The notes beneath the pieces are model-generated. The model searched no databases. It was not told the origin of the DNA and was given only the letters and a program-made list of their open reading frames with translations. Below are positions 38,531-52,600 of a DNA stretch of 64,000 bases, piece by piece; the stretch's first letter is position 1, and every line of letters starts with the position of its first letter. The stretch covers positions 62,001-126,000 of the forward strand of contig CAXHJY010000565.1 of assembly GCA_964016885.1 (NCBI GenBank), written 5' to 3'. The DNA is from Eledone cirrhosa (taxonomy: Eukaryota). The position numbers and the translations under genes were made by a program.

Positions 38531-39143
38531 TGTCAGGTCACTCTTGAGTGCTACTGGTAACATGTAACCCAGTAGAACCTGTCGCATGGTCGGGTCGTCG
38601 GCGACTAAACCGGCAACCCCACCAAGTTTACTTGGTGAGGAGGGTGATTTTGGACACCCTGCAGGACAAAAAACAAAACCTGACAAAGGGCGGAAGAACT
38701 CATAAGAGTCAACGGCCATCCAAAAGTGTGTAAATATGTATATACACATGTACATATGTATGTATATGTGTATATACATGGGTGCATGTATATGTATATG
38801 CGCGGGGACATAGAAATAGTCGGGCTGGACACCCAATCGCGCGGTTAAACCACTGCCAGTGAAGGACCCCTAGCCTTTGTCAGGGCATTCTTCTAGGAGA
38901 AGGCAACTCAGGTAACTGGGATAACTCCGATATAAAACCTGCGGCTCAGTAGTTACCGATTATATTGATCTTTTCTCCTTTTCGGATTATAGCTACTGTC
39001 GCTCAGAGAGTGGGATTGGCTCAGTGCACAGTCTTTCCTCACTTTAAAAAATACCTTCATGCATAAGCATTGCACGATAGAATTAATTAATAATTATTAA
39101 TAATGGTATATCGTGCAATGCCATACTCGATAACGAGGGGGAA

Positions 39144-39150
<7 letters not shown>
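38531..39150 (+). mobile_element. Non-autonomous RTE-derived element(s): structured head (38531-38725), UTR segment (38800-39080), 3' stem-loop end
   Basis: Homologous to 780-1067, 1500-1683 and 36785-36976. Ends ctcg-ataa-cgag-ggggaagccatc(AT)n. Confidence 0.7.
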
Positions 39151-39209
<59 letters not shown>

Positions 39210-39226
39210 CTGTCTGTCTGTCTGTC

Positions 39227-39262
<36 letters not shown>

Positions 39263-39420
39263 AATCAAGATGGATTCAGTTAGAAACTGGTTAGACTATT
39301 ATTCACCAGAGTACTCGATACTTGGGGCAGTAGAGTACGGTTATACGAATGAGTTAGGACCCGACGCCTCACCTCTAACCGTTTCAAACCAAGAGCTCAG
39401 CCGTCGAGGTCCTGACTCAT

Positions 39421-40116
<696 letters not shown>

Positions 40117-40418
40117 TATATATATATATATATATATATATACCTCCCCCTTGTGTTTTACGATTTGTTTATGTCACAGCTGTGGCATAAGCGCATTTTG
40201 ATATCCCTCGAAACCTTTCTTTATCTATGTTCCATATTCACAGTTGGAAAAAATAGTGTTTTCTATAGTATACTATATGAATATATATATATTCGACATT
40301 GGTGTCAGAAAGAGTGTACGATCCTGTCTGAAACATCAGTTTATGCCAATTACAAGATTTAATATTATTCATTGAGCTAAAGTTTTCTTCTCTTGTCACA
40401 AAATATTATTAATTGCGT

Positions 40419-41008
40419 AGGGCGGTGGATTGGCAGTATGAGTTCAAATCCCGCCGAGGTTAACTTTGCCTTTCATCCTTACGGGAGCGATAAAATAAAG
40501 TACCAGTAATACACTGAGATAATTTCTGGCCTTGTGCCAAAAGTAGAAACAATTATTAATTGCGTAGCGAACGAGGTTCGTTGATTGACAGTATAGTTAG
40601 AGCGTCGAACAAAATGCTTTGCAGTATTTAGTTATAGCACTTTACGTTTTACGTTCTGAGATCAAATTCCGCCATGGTCAACTTTGACTTTCATAAGTAA
40701 CGTACTGGGCTAAATTTAATTGACTTGCCTCATCCCTTCAAAATTGCTGGCTTTGTGCCTAAAGTAAAAATCATTAATGTTGTGGTGGACTGGTAGAAGT
40801 GTTTACAGCATCAGAGAAAATGCTTTTTAACATATAGTTACTGCCTTCTATATTCTGTGTTAAACTCCCACTGAGTTTAACTTTGCTTTTCATCGTCGGA
40901 GACGGGAGATGAAATAAAGTACCAGTCACGTACTGAAATTTTCATCGCATTTCATCAAATTTTCTCTCACCAGAAATAGTTGGCCTTGTGCCTAAATTAG
41001 AAATCATT
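40419..41008 (+). mobile_element. Three head-to-tail SINE family A copies of different divergence
   Basis: 40419-40557 (TSD attattaattgcgtag), about 40565-40775 and about 40782-41008. Confidence 0.8.
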
Positions 41009-41145
41009 AGTTAATTATTTCGATATTTTTTCACGCTGACATTAATCTCTAGCTTAGAACCTTCTACTTAGTGAACTTTCTGTACTTACTGCTAACACTA
41101 GTTTCCTAGGATTCTACTGTTTCATATTTTCATATGTAAAGAATA

Positions 41146-41235
<90 letters not shown>

Positions 41236-41265
41236 ACACTCTTTCTTTCTTTTTCCCTCTCTCTT

Positions 41266-41303
<38 letters not shown>

Positions 41304-41348
41304 TTCTCACTATCTATGTCTATGTCTATCATTATCTCTCTTTTTCTC

Positions 41349-41532
41349 GTGAATTGGCAGTATCGGTAGAGTGTCGGACATGCTTTCCAGCATAGTTATG
41401 TCCCTTTACGATCTGAGTTCAAATCCCGCCGAGGTTAACTTTGCCTTTCATCCTTGCGGGGTCGATAAAATAAAGTACCAGTAATCTACTGGAATAATTG
41501 CTGGTCTTGTGCCAAAAGTAGAAACAATTATC
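41349..41532 (+). mobile_element. SINE family A, TSD attatctctcttttt(t)ctc
   Basis: Consensus match with flanking direct repeat. Confidence 0.85.
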
Positions 41533-42039
41533 TCTCTTTTTCTCTCTCTCTCTCTCTTCTTTCTCTAATCTGTTTTTTGTTTTTTTTTACCTTTACGATG
41601 ATACTGATTCTTTGAAAGTTTCGTCTGTGCAGCAACCCCAGCCAAACGCACTTAGGTCACCCGTCGTTCCTCGTCTCTACCTACTGTCGAGTAATCCCTA
41701 AACGGACTTTACTGAATTTTCCTATCCTAGAATGACATCCTACGAGAACCGTGTTCATGTCGGTAGTTTTATTCTTTAGCCTACAATGATATAAATTGAA
41801 TTTTATTGAACTGCACTAAACTCACCTCCCATGAAAGCTATATTATAAACTGTGGGGATTTTCCCTAGATTAACTTATAAGTAACATATTAAGAAGCTAT
41901 ATATTCTATATCATAAATACGCTGGAGAAATTATTATGATGACAACATATCAGATCACCCAATGTGCATATGAATTTCTTAATTCTTCTTCTCATCGCCC
42001 CCACTAATGCCGTGTTACATTCCATTATGTCATAACTAA

Positions 42040-42872
42040 ACTACACTACACTACACAACGTTACTACGCTACATTACATTACATAACATTGCTACGCTAC
42101 ACTACACAATGTTACTACGCTACATTACATTACATAACGTTGCTACACTACACAACTTTACTACGCTACATTACATTACATAACGTTGCTACGCTACACT
42201 ACACAACGTTGCTACGCTACCGTTACGTTACACAATATTACTTCACCATCGCTACGCTACTCAATGTTGTTACGCTACCGTTACGCTACACAATGTTACT
42301 ACACTACCGCTACACTATACAATGTTGCTACGCTACACAATGTTGCTACGCTACACAATGTTGCTACGCTACACAATGTTACTGCACTACCGCTACGCTA
42401 CACAATGTTGCTATGCTACCGCTACATTGCTACTTTACTGCTACACTACACTACACAACATTGCTACTCTACTGCTACACTACACAACGTTGCTACACTA
42501 CGGCTATGCTACACAACGTTGCTACGTTACCGTTACACTACACAGTGTTGCTAGGCTACCGTTACGCTACAAAACAATGCTACTCTACTGCTACACTACA
42601 CTACACAACGTTGCTGCGCTACACAACGTTGCTACGCTACTCAACGTTGCTATACTACCGCTACGCTACACAATGTGTACCACTACATTACACTACAGCA
42701 ACGCTACCGTTACACTGCACAACGTTGCTACGCTACCCTTGCGCTACACAACATTGCTATACTACTGCTACACTACACAACGTTGCTACGTTACACAATG
42801 TTGCTGCACTACCGCTACCGCTACACTACACTATATGTGGTTTCCACTCTACTCTACACAGTGTTGCTACAA
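42040..42872. repeat. Degenerate satellite built from ctaca/ctacg pentamers and acaatgttgctacgctac units
   Basis: Direct inspection. Confidence 0.85.
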
Positions 42873-43214
42873 CCTAACTTCCAGTAATAGAATTATAGTG
42901 AGAAAGTTAAGTTATATAAGACATCTCACCGTATAATCCATCTCTAATTAAGTGAGTGGGAGATTAAACAAATCTATATGTAAAATAAATAAATAAATAA
43001 ATAAATTTAATTATTTTGTATAGTATAAAAGATTGTGAAGGCGTGTGGGTTTGTGATTGGGCTGCTTGTATGTATGGATCCGTAACTCCTTACGAAGCCG
43101 TAGAGGCGCCGTAGTGACGGCGTTTCTTGGTATTTTAAACCTGGCGGAGGTCATCCAGTCGATTTCTTACAAAGGAGGAGAGAGTGATACAAAGGATATG
43201 AGAGATACTGAGGG

Positions 43215-43372
43215 GGAAAATCGACCCCAGTACGTGACTGGTATTTCTGTTATCGACCACGAAAAGATGAAAGGCAAAGTTGACCTCAGCAGGATTTAAA
43301 CTCAGAGCGCAGAGAGCCAGACGAATACCGCACAGCATTCTTTATGACATTCAAACAATTCTGCCATTTGCC
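43215..43372 (-). mobile_element. SINE family A (older variant)
   Basis: aatcgaccccagtac.tgactgg...tatcgacc...gatgaaaggcaaagttgacctc. Confidence 0.75.
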
Positions 43373-43647
43373 TCCTCTATTACCTTAGTAAATAGGGGAG
43401 GGAATCACGCAAATAACGCTAATCCATTTACCTCCTCCCCTAAATATAAGTATAAGGCTGAAGGAATTAAACCTGTGACTCAAGATATAGCTCATATTTG
43501 GAGATTCATGGATGGAGCCATTTCAACCGGAAATCGAATTAGACAATTAATGCCATTGAAATACATGGATGATATAAAATTCATTTTTCTCATTCAAGAA
43601 AATATAACTTTCCAAAATACATTATCCGAAAACACAATGTTCTTTCT

Positions 43648-43696
<49 letters not shown>

Positions 43697-43911
43697 ACAC
43701 ACACACGCGCGCGCACACACATATACCTACACGCACAGAGACATACACACACACACACATACACACACACATTCTCTCTCTCTCAACATTTCTCTCACTC
43801 TCCGTATCTATCTCTCTTTATCTAACTATATATTTCTATCTATCTCTCCCTTTCTCTCTCACCTCCCAATCAACATTTTCAAGAGTTTTTCGATTGAGCG
43901 AATAATTAAGT

Positions 43912-43973
<62 letters not shown>

Positions 43974-44613
43974 GAGAGAGAGAGAGAGAGAGGGAGAGAG
44001 AGAGAGAGAGAGAGAGAGAAATAGGGGGAAAACAGAAGACTTTGAGGTTGTGAGCGAATGTGTCAGTAAATGTGAGTGAATGAATGGGAGAGGGATGGTA
44101 TGTGTAAATAGGGGAGGTAGTGGGGGTGTGAGTGGGTGGGTGAGTGATTGAATGAGTGGGTGAGTGAGTGGGTGAGTGAGCGAGCGAGCGAGTGAGTGAA
44201 TGAATGACTGACTGACCAACTAACAGTGAGTGGGTGAGTGAGTAAGTGAGTGAGGGAGTGAGTGAGTGAGCGAACGCGAGTGTAAGTGAAGTGTAGGTGA
44301 AGGAATGGCTGGCTGACCGACTGACAGACTGAGTAGGTGAGTGAGTGAATGAGCGATCGATCGATTATTTCTGGGTTCATTACACAGAGATTCTTAGGGG
44401 CAAATATTCAAATGAAATTAAAAATTGGAAACAAGACAGTGAAAACTGGAGATTTGACATTTTGTAAAGGATGATATCTCACTTGAAGTTGGCGTTTAAT
44501 GGCTCGTCAGTCCACACACTCCACTGAACTCACTCTTTCACTTGAACTGAACGATCAAAGGAAATTCAAGCAGAGAAATAAGTTTTAGACCGGAGAGAAA
44601 AAGAAGAAATGTT

Positions 44614-44690
<77 letters not shown>

Positions 44691-44729
44691 CACACACACA
44701 CGTGCATATATATATATATATATACATAC

Positions 44730-44777
<48 letters not shown>

Positions 44778-45334
44778 TATATATATATATATACTAAGAC
44801 ACTCACACGTACAAATAATTTAATGAGCTATAAACCCTACGGTCAAGTTTAAACCGTTTCGATGTCATTAAATAATCTCTTAAAAGTATGCTGATGTACT
44901 AAGCTGAATAATGGTCTAACTAGTCTCAATTAGTAACATCACGTATTTTACCCGATTTTTCTAAGCTATTATTTATAGCGATTGTCTGTTGTTACAGTTA
45001 TTTTCTGCGTTAGGAATTCCCACACTTTAGATTTGAAATCAACCAGCGCTTTGATAATTCATAATGTTTATATATATATATATATATTTTTTTTTTTTTT
45101 CATTGCTGGCCTTGAGGTGACAATATGGAGAATACTCGCCTCGAATATATCGCAGTATATATAATTACATAATGGCTATCTGGCGAGATCATATCAATTA
45201 CATAATTTATGCCATTGAAATGCGCATAATAGCAATGACGATATTAATAAAATGATATAAGATTCCAGAATATTGCCTTATTCTTTATTCTTATACATAC
45301 ATACATACATACATACATACATACATACATACAT

Positions 45335-45369
<35 letters not shown>

Positions 45370-46176
45370 TACATACATACATACATACATACATACATAC
45401 ATACATACATACATACATACATACATACATACATACATGCATACATACATACATACATACATACATACATACATGTGCGAGAGCACGTGTGGATTGCTCC
45501 GTCCGTATCTAAGTGTTTATGCGAAACTAAACAAGTAATATTTAGTAAATAAATTAGAAATGAATTGAGGCAGAAACTGTCGTTTGTATGTATGATATAC
45601 AGTCGTCCTATGTTGCGGTTCTCAATGTTATCAAACATCAAATAAACTCTGTGACGGAGTTAACAGTGCTATCGTGTCTATAAAATTCCCAGAAAACTCT
45701 CTTCTGTTTAATAACCAAACGAGACAAAACGATTCATCATGTCGTCTTTGGTCTTTCTCTAAATACCTTGTCTTTAAGCGAGCAACAAAAAAATGCAGTA
45801 GCAACAACCCGAACCACAATAATCAGCAACAATAACAACAACAACGACAAAGTGTTACGTGGACAATAACCCAAAATTAAGATGTACAATAAGTAAACAA
45901 TATCTATATACATGACCACTTTATTTTCTTATTTTCTTTCTACTTTCTCGAACTTTCTTCTTCCCTATTTATTTATTTATTTGAGACCTTGACTCATAGT
46001 AAATTGTTTATTATGACGGAGACAATCATAGTAATACCCACATCACCATCAGCAGCAGCAGTGGCAGTAACAGTAGCAGTAGGAAATGGTGGTTTCAACA
46101 GGACAATCAGCAGCGACATCAAAAAGAGCAACAGCAACAACTGTTGTAATCCGTGAGCTAACGAGTGAGCCTCACG

Positions 46177-46231
<55 letters not shown>

Positions 46232-46238
<7 letters not shown>

Positions 46239-46745
46239 ATACTTTGGGAGGGTCATGTTGCCAATAAGAAACACACGCACCAGTTGCTTTCATTCCAATT
46301 TATTATAAATTAAGTTATAAATTTCCGGTTGGTTGGTTGGTTCCACAATCGGACGGTTGTTCATATATTGTCAAAGTTCTTTCGTCGCACATTCTGTGAC
46401 CTTTCAGTGACTGGGGATTCTTTTCTTTGTTTTGTGTCTCTCCTTTGTTCTGTCCTACGCCATCTTGTTTTTGTGTGTGTTGTGTGCACACAAGATGGCG
46501 TAGGACAGAACAAAGGAGAGACACAAAACAAAGAAAAGAATCCCCAGTCACTGAAGAGGTCACAGAATGTGCGACGAAAGAACTTTGACAATATATGAAC
46601 AACCGTCCGGTTGTGGAACCAACCAGCCAACCAGAAATTTATAAATTTTTAAATTTATAACTTAATTTATAATAAATTGGAGTGAAAGCAACTGGTGCGT
46701 GTGTTTCTTATTGGCAACATGACCCTCCCAAAGTATAACAATATA
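46232..46745. mobile_element. ~510-bp fold-back element (inverted Penelope-type pseudo-LTR pair) in (TA)n
   Basis: Arms of about 240 bp are near-perfect reverse complements and contain a hammerhead fold. A diverged relative lies at 61186-61420. Confidence 0.85.
46547..46589 (+). ncRNA. Hammerhead ribozyme-like motif
   Basis: gtca-CTGAAGA-g-gtc-aca-gaa-tgt-gc-gac-GAAA-g-aa-ct-t-tgac: stem I gtca/tgac, stem II gtc/gac + aca/tgt, minimal stem III. Confidence 0.65.
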
Positions 46746-46768
46746 TATATATATATATATATATAAAT

Positions 46769-46801
<33 letters not shown>

Positions 46802-46845
46802 AATATATATATATAAATATATAAATATATATATATAAATATATA

Positions 46846-46876
<31 letters not shown>

Positions 46877-46917
46877 GTATATGTATATATATGTATATAT
46901 GTATATATGTATATATG

Positions 46918-47007
<90 letters not shown>

Positions 47008-47189
47008 ATGGCTGCAAACTCACGCTAAGAGTATTGCAATCGCTTGTCAGATTCAAATGTGTGACGCTCGGATATGGCTTTTCAAGCCTGCGAGAGACTT
47101 GCAGCACTCCTTCGCACACTGACGACAACTATGGATCCCCCTGGCCTCAGGTCTTGCATCAGGTTGCCTAGGAAACCTGCACAATACCG

Positions 47190-47570
47190 TGAAGATCATA
47201 GTTCACTGGGTCTCTCTGAACATGGCTGTGACTGTGGCTCCTGAGACCAGATTTGCTCAATCAAATCTTCCCACACTCAGGACACACCAATCAATGGAGA
47301 TACCGATCGTTACGAGAGATACGCCAGGGCATTGTTTTCGCACATTTGGTTTGATCTTCTCATGCTCTATGCGTCTGTCCTTCAAATTATGGACCCCCAT
47401 CATTCACCATTCCACGTCAATTTTCTCTCTCAAGAGTTTTTATATTCCAATCATCCACCATCAAACCAGTTTTTTTCAATGAATCCTTTCCACAATCTTT
47501 GAATTGGAGCTTTGGTTTGTGAGGTTGTCTCTTACCTTTACGAAGCTCACAATACAAAAAGTTGTTTCGG
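47190..47570 (-). pseudogene. Decayed RTE LINE 3' coding end
   Basis: LYCELRKGKRQPHKPKLQFKDCGKDSLKKTGL..DDW....ERE.*R..V..GV, the RTE C-terminal pattern with stops. Confidence 0.7.
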
Positions 47571-47659
47571 GATTTGATCGTCCTCCATTCTGCAGAGGTG
47601 TCAGGCTCGCATAGAACCAACAACACATACCGCCCGTCGCTCGTATCATAAAAATAAAA

Positions 47660-47955
47660 GGTAGTTTGGAGCAATTTTCGACTCGTGTCCCAGAATTTTC
47701 TAGGAAATCACAGAATAGAAAACTACTGCTTTCCTAGCAGCAACTGGGCTATAATATGTCATTGAAGATTCAGTTTCTTCATTCACACTTGGATTACTTC
47801 CTATCAAATTGTGGTGCAGTGAGCGACGAAGACGGAGAGAGTTTGCACTAAGATATTGCAGCCATAGAAAAACCACATCAGAATAAATGGAGCCCTAATA
47901 TGTTAGAAGATTGCTGTTGGTCAGTTACAAGAAATGCTCCAGAACTTGAATAGGC
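47660..47955 (+). pseudogene. Chapaev3-like DNA transposase C-terminal relic
   Basis: FLGNHRIENY ... GYNMSLKIQFLHSHLDYFLSNCGAVSDEDGESLH*DIAAIE ... WSPNMLEDCCWSV. Confidence 0.7.
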
Positions 47956-48124
47956 TAAGAAATGTTAGGTAATCAACATGAAGTGAATGTCATTTTTGTG
48001 TCAGTATCACTTTTTTGTAGATCTTAAAATATCAAATATCAAAAAATAAAAAAGATTTTTCAAGATAAGCTATTTATTTTATTTTGTTATCTGTTATACA
48101 TAAACATATTATGTCAACTATATT

Positions 48125-48635
48125 TTATAGTCTGAAGTTATACAATGATAGAAATATTTTAAAAAAAGATAAAAACAAAATTAAGTAATGAAAAAAGAGG
48201 GAAGGTGTGACGAGGGGCAGATCTGACTGATTAAGAAAGAAAAGGAGGGGACTATAAATGCCATAAATGAGAAGAAAGGGAGGGAAAGAGCAAGGACAAT
48301 TAGGCAAGGGAAGAAAGAGATGGAGAGGGGAGAGGGTGGCAGATTCTACGCCTAGGTCGGAGCGGTGTTTCGGCTGCGCCCCACGGACAAAATTGCAAAG
48401 CCATTTCTGTGCACAATAGCCAGCGATACCCGCTGCAACAGCCACCCCACCTCGCGGGACTCATTCCTCAGACTCCTTCTGCTAACGTTCCGATTTTGCG
48501 GAAGGCGACTGGTGTAAAGAGTAAGCGGTCGGACAAGCCCCGGTATTTGCCTGTCTTCCTGTCATCTGCATTGCGGGCCGCAGTACCGGGGTTTGTGTCT
48601 GTGGATATTAAGTTGGAGGCAAAGAACGTGTCCTA
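48125..48635 (-). mobile_element. CRE-like non-LTR element 3' end (restriction-like endonuclease remnant + pyrimidine-rich 3' UTR)
   Basis: DTFFASNLISTDTNPGTAARNADDRKTGKYRGLSDRLLFTPVAF ... EVGWLLQRVSLAIVHRNGFAIL. Confidence 0.65.
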
Positions 48636-48791
48636 GATGAGAGATTTATTTCCTTCGAATAGGAAGAAAGTAATTCCGTCTTTAGACCCTTATTGTTTTA
48701 ACCTTTTCAAGTTCAGCGCCTCAAATGTGCATAAAGAAAGTGATATTTGGGCTCCGAAGAAAAAGGTTTTTGAAATTTTATTTCTTTATTT

Positions 48792-48968
48792 AGGGCGTTG
48801 GGTTGGCAGTATCGGCAGAGCGTCGGACAAAATATTTTGCGATATTTGGTTACGACTTTCTACGTTCTAAGTTAGCTTTGCCTTTCTTCTTTACGAGATC
48901 GACGAAAAGAAAAAAGGCAATGTGGTCGATTTAATCAACTTTTTCCTCCCTCAAAACTGTTGGCCTTC
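48792..48968 (+). mobile_element. SINE family A (diverged)
   Basis: gggcgttgggttggcagtatcggcagagcgtcggac...gctttgccttt. Confidence 0.65.
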
Positions 48969-49610
48969 TTCCGTTCAGCATCTAATATGAATCACCGTTG
49001 ACTTAACTCCAGTTCTTCCGCTAATGTCACACGTCCACCACGCTACCACCCCATGATAGGATTTTTTTTTTTTTAAATCATATATGTACAATCATATGTA
49101 CACACTATTCAAAGGCCGTTGACTTTCATGAGATCGACATAGACAGATAGATTGGTGCCATTCTAACTTTACGTCTCAAACCTCTTCGTTATGTCATTTA
49201 TTATCCGCAATACAGAGAACTAGTCTGAATGTTTGCAACAAACAGGATTTCGTTAAAGGCAACCGAGAGCCAGGTCCTACTCCACAAAATTATTCATTTT
49301 ATCTATAGAATGTTGGTCTCGCCGCTGGAGAGAACTCGTCCATAGATCTCGGGAATTTTAACCGCCCTGGATAGATAGATAGATAGATAGATAGATTTCT
49401 TTATTTACCATAAAGGCATAAAAAGAAGGGACAAATACAAAGGGGGAGTTTACATATAATCGAGTAAAAAGGGTGTAACATGAAAATAATCGAAAATAAC
49501 CTCAAAAGGGAGGGGACGTGATGGGGGTTGCACACACCCCCGAAAAAGTGTGCAATCCTTTGCCCGGGGAGCACATGGAGAAGGTGCTCCCCTCTCCTTT
49601 ACTTCTTTAC

Positions 49611-52600
49611 CTACAGGATGGTATACAGAGAAGGCCCATTTACACGAGCCATTCTCGCCACTATCACCCACCTTTCATAAAACTGCCTGTGGCCAAGCAC
49701 CTCTCTCTCCATTCTTATCCTTCTTCCGAAGTGATATCGGAAGAAGTAGACCAGACTATGGCCAGAGAGGAAGTTGCCTGACCTCAGACCTTTCAATCGT
49801 GTCCACCAAACAACCTCTTTCAACATGGCTATTACGCACAGAAAAACCGCCTTTGCTTCCTTTGTGAAGAGGGGAGGCGGTTTGATTGTCATCACGGACT
49901 CGGCGGTCAATTTAATCGGCGCCACCCGCGACAGCAGTTGTTCGGCGTAGCCCCACAGATCAGCCACGCCAGGACATTGCACCAATGCGTGCGCCACGGT
50001 TTCTTCGTGACGCACGCATCTAGGGCAAATCTTTTTTGAGGGATCCCTGTCCGGGCGCCCGTGTCTGTAGAGCCTCTCTCGAACGGGTAGAGCCCCTCGG
50101 TAGCACTGCCAGGCCAGTGACTTCTGGAAGTTGTCCATTGGTCCTGGGCCGAAAGTCCTACCGAACAGGCTGGCCAGTTCGTCTTCTTCCTCCATGTCCA
50201 GCGACTCTCCAAGGGTGTCATCGCCCCTGCTAGCCACCAGCCCTCTATAGAATGATGAGGTGGATTCTCCACCGATGGCCCGGCCCGCTTGCCAGAGAGC
50301 CCTGAGCGCCTGAGCACACTCAGTGTGCCAGTCTCCCAGTTTTCCGGATCTTTGCTTGACCCAGGACTGTAGCTCGGTGAGTGAGACGAGTCTCGGAAAG
50401 GCTCGTTTCACGAACGGAGCCCACACCGGTTGACCAGTGAGGAATACCTGTAGGTGCCGTAGCCTTAATGCGTGCCTACGCATCATCAACCACGGCATCC
50501 CCAGCCCTCCTTTCGAAGGTTGTTGGCAGCAGATGGATCTTCTCACCATAGGAGGACGCTTCTTCCAAAGAAATTGGAAGAGCATGCGTTCCATGGTGGT
50601 GAGTGTTTCCTTAGGGCAAGGCACGACAGTCAGGCGGTAGTAAGTGACGGACGCTATGTAAATGTTCGCCACCTCCGCCCGGCCTTTTAGGGACAGCTTA
50701 CACTTGGCCCATTTCTGGGTTAGTGCAAACACCTTGTTCGTAACCTCGTTCCAGTTCTTTTCCACCTGGAGGTCCGGTCCAAACCAGACCCCAAGCAACT
50801 TTACCGGGCCCTCCGTCCAGTGTCCGACGACACCGTCAGGAGGCATCGGTTTTCCTCTCCACGTTCCGAGTTGCAGCCCGATGGATTTTTCCCGGTTCAG
50901 TTTCGCTCCTGACAACCTTTCGTACTCCTCCAGTAAGGTACCGATCGCCTCGATCTCCGAGTCGGTTGATACCATTACTGTTACGTCATCGGCGTAGGCC
51001 GACACCGCTTTGCTCAATCCTGGTTCCAGGGGGATACCCTGCAACAACTCCAACTTCCTCAGTAAAGGCTCGAGAGTCAATACGTACAGAAGGGAGGAGA
51101 GAGGGCACCCCTGTCGAATGGATCGTGTGATTTCGAACGGCTTCGAAAGGTAGCCGTTCACCTTGATCCTAGAACAGATGTGGTTGCTATGTAGGGCAGT
51201 GATCCAGCCTCTGAAAACAGGACCGAACCCAGCCGCTGCTAGCACCGCATCCAGGTAACCATGGTCGACCCTATCGAAGGCCTTAGACTGATCCAAGTTG
51301 ATCAGGGCCCCACCGAAGCCGGGTTTGTTGCCAACCCTCTCTATGATGTATCGCATGAGGTGGAGGTTATCGTGAATGGACCTGGATGGGATAGCACATG
51401 TCTGCGCATCTCCCACCAGGCCACCCACGACAAGCGCCAACCTCTTTGCTAACACCTTGGCCAAAATCTTTAACTCTGTGTTTAGCAGGGTTATGGGCCG
51501 AAAATTATTTATACTATCCCCCTTGTTCTCGTCCTTCCTCACCAGCGTGACTACGCCCTTGGCTACAGAACAAGGAATTCTCCCGTTCTGCTGCCAATTG
51601 CAGTAGACCGCTTCGAGGAGTTCGGAGAAGAAGACCGGCATTGCTAAATAAAGTTCGTAAGGTATACCATCGAGACCTGGAAATTTGCGTCTGCTGCATT
51701 GGCTCAGCGCATCTCCGATCTCATCAGCCGAGATTGGTCCCTCGCAGGACTCTGCCTCTTTGTTCGAGAGACGCGGCAGGCCGTCGAGGTATGGACCGAA
51801 ATCCACGCCCCGGCCCGGACCCTCGCCTCCCCCGAACAATCGGCCAAAGTGCTTTTGAAAGGCCTCGCACATCTGCTTAGGCTCCCGGATCACTCGTCCA
51901 TCTTCGTCTTGCAACGACCGGATCGTGGATCGATTTCCACTTTTAGCTTCTGTCACGCGGGCCCATCCAACGGCTTTGGCCCCCTCATTACCTAGAGCAC
52001 GTATTTTACTTCGAATGACGCAGCCTTCATGCTTTGCATCGAAAAACTGGTTCAAGGCCGTCCTCGATGCCAGCACTCTGGCCACATCTTCGCTCTTGAT
52101 TGCCTCTTCTAATTTACCTGTTAATTCTTTCTCGTTTCTATTCCTATTGGCAGCTAACATCTTGCTATAACTTATTGATTCTGTTCTAATCTCTCTTTTG
52201 AGAGATGCCCACCATCGGTTGTTGACGATTGCACCCGTCAACCTCTCCTTAACTAATCTGCTAATCCGGTTTCTGTAAGCCTCTTTTGCCGGTAAAGACA
52301 AATTAAGTTTCCAGTAACCGGGACCCTGTCTATGTGTTTTCTCGAGATTGACCACGCAGGTCACTAATTTGTGATCCGTGTAGCCAACCGTGCGCATTTC
52401 TGGACAGCTTAATATGTCCCTATCCTTACTTCTAACTAAGAATCTATCTAAGTACGATCTAGATTGACCACTGTGGTTTCTCCAAGTCCAGGTAGGCACA
52501 GTTGGAAAATCTAGTCGATATCTATCGACCAAGTTAAAACGGTCGAGTAACCCCTTGAGGCTGTTACACCCCCCTCTATTAGGACATGCTCCTGCATAGT

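Noticed and set aside
36802-38560. Six long ORFs of 465-530 aa
   Set aside because: Translations of a stop-free TA/CA minisatellite (Y/I/H/T/C/V only); not genes.
38531-38725. HDV-like or twister ribozyme in the RTE head (GGTAACATG... and CTAA motifs)
   Set aside because: I could not place P1/P2/P3-L3 of HDV or the twister core by eye; kept only as an unclassified structure.
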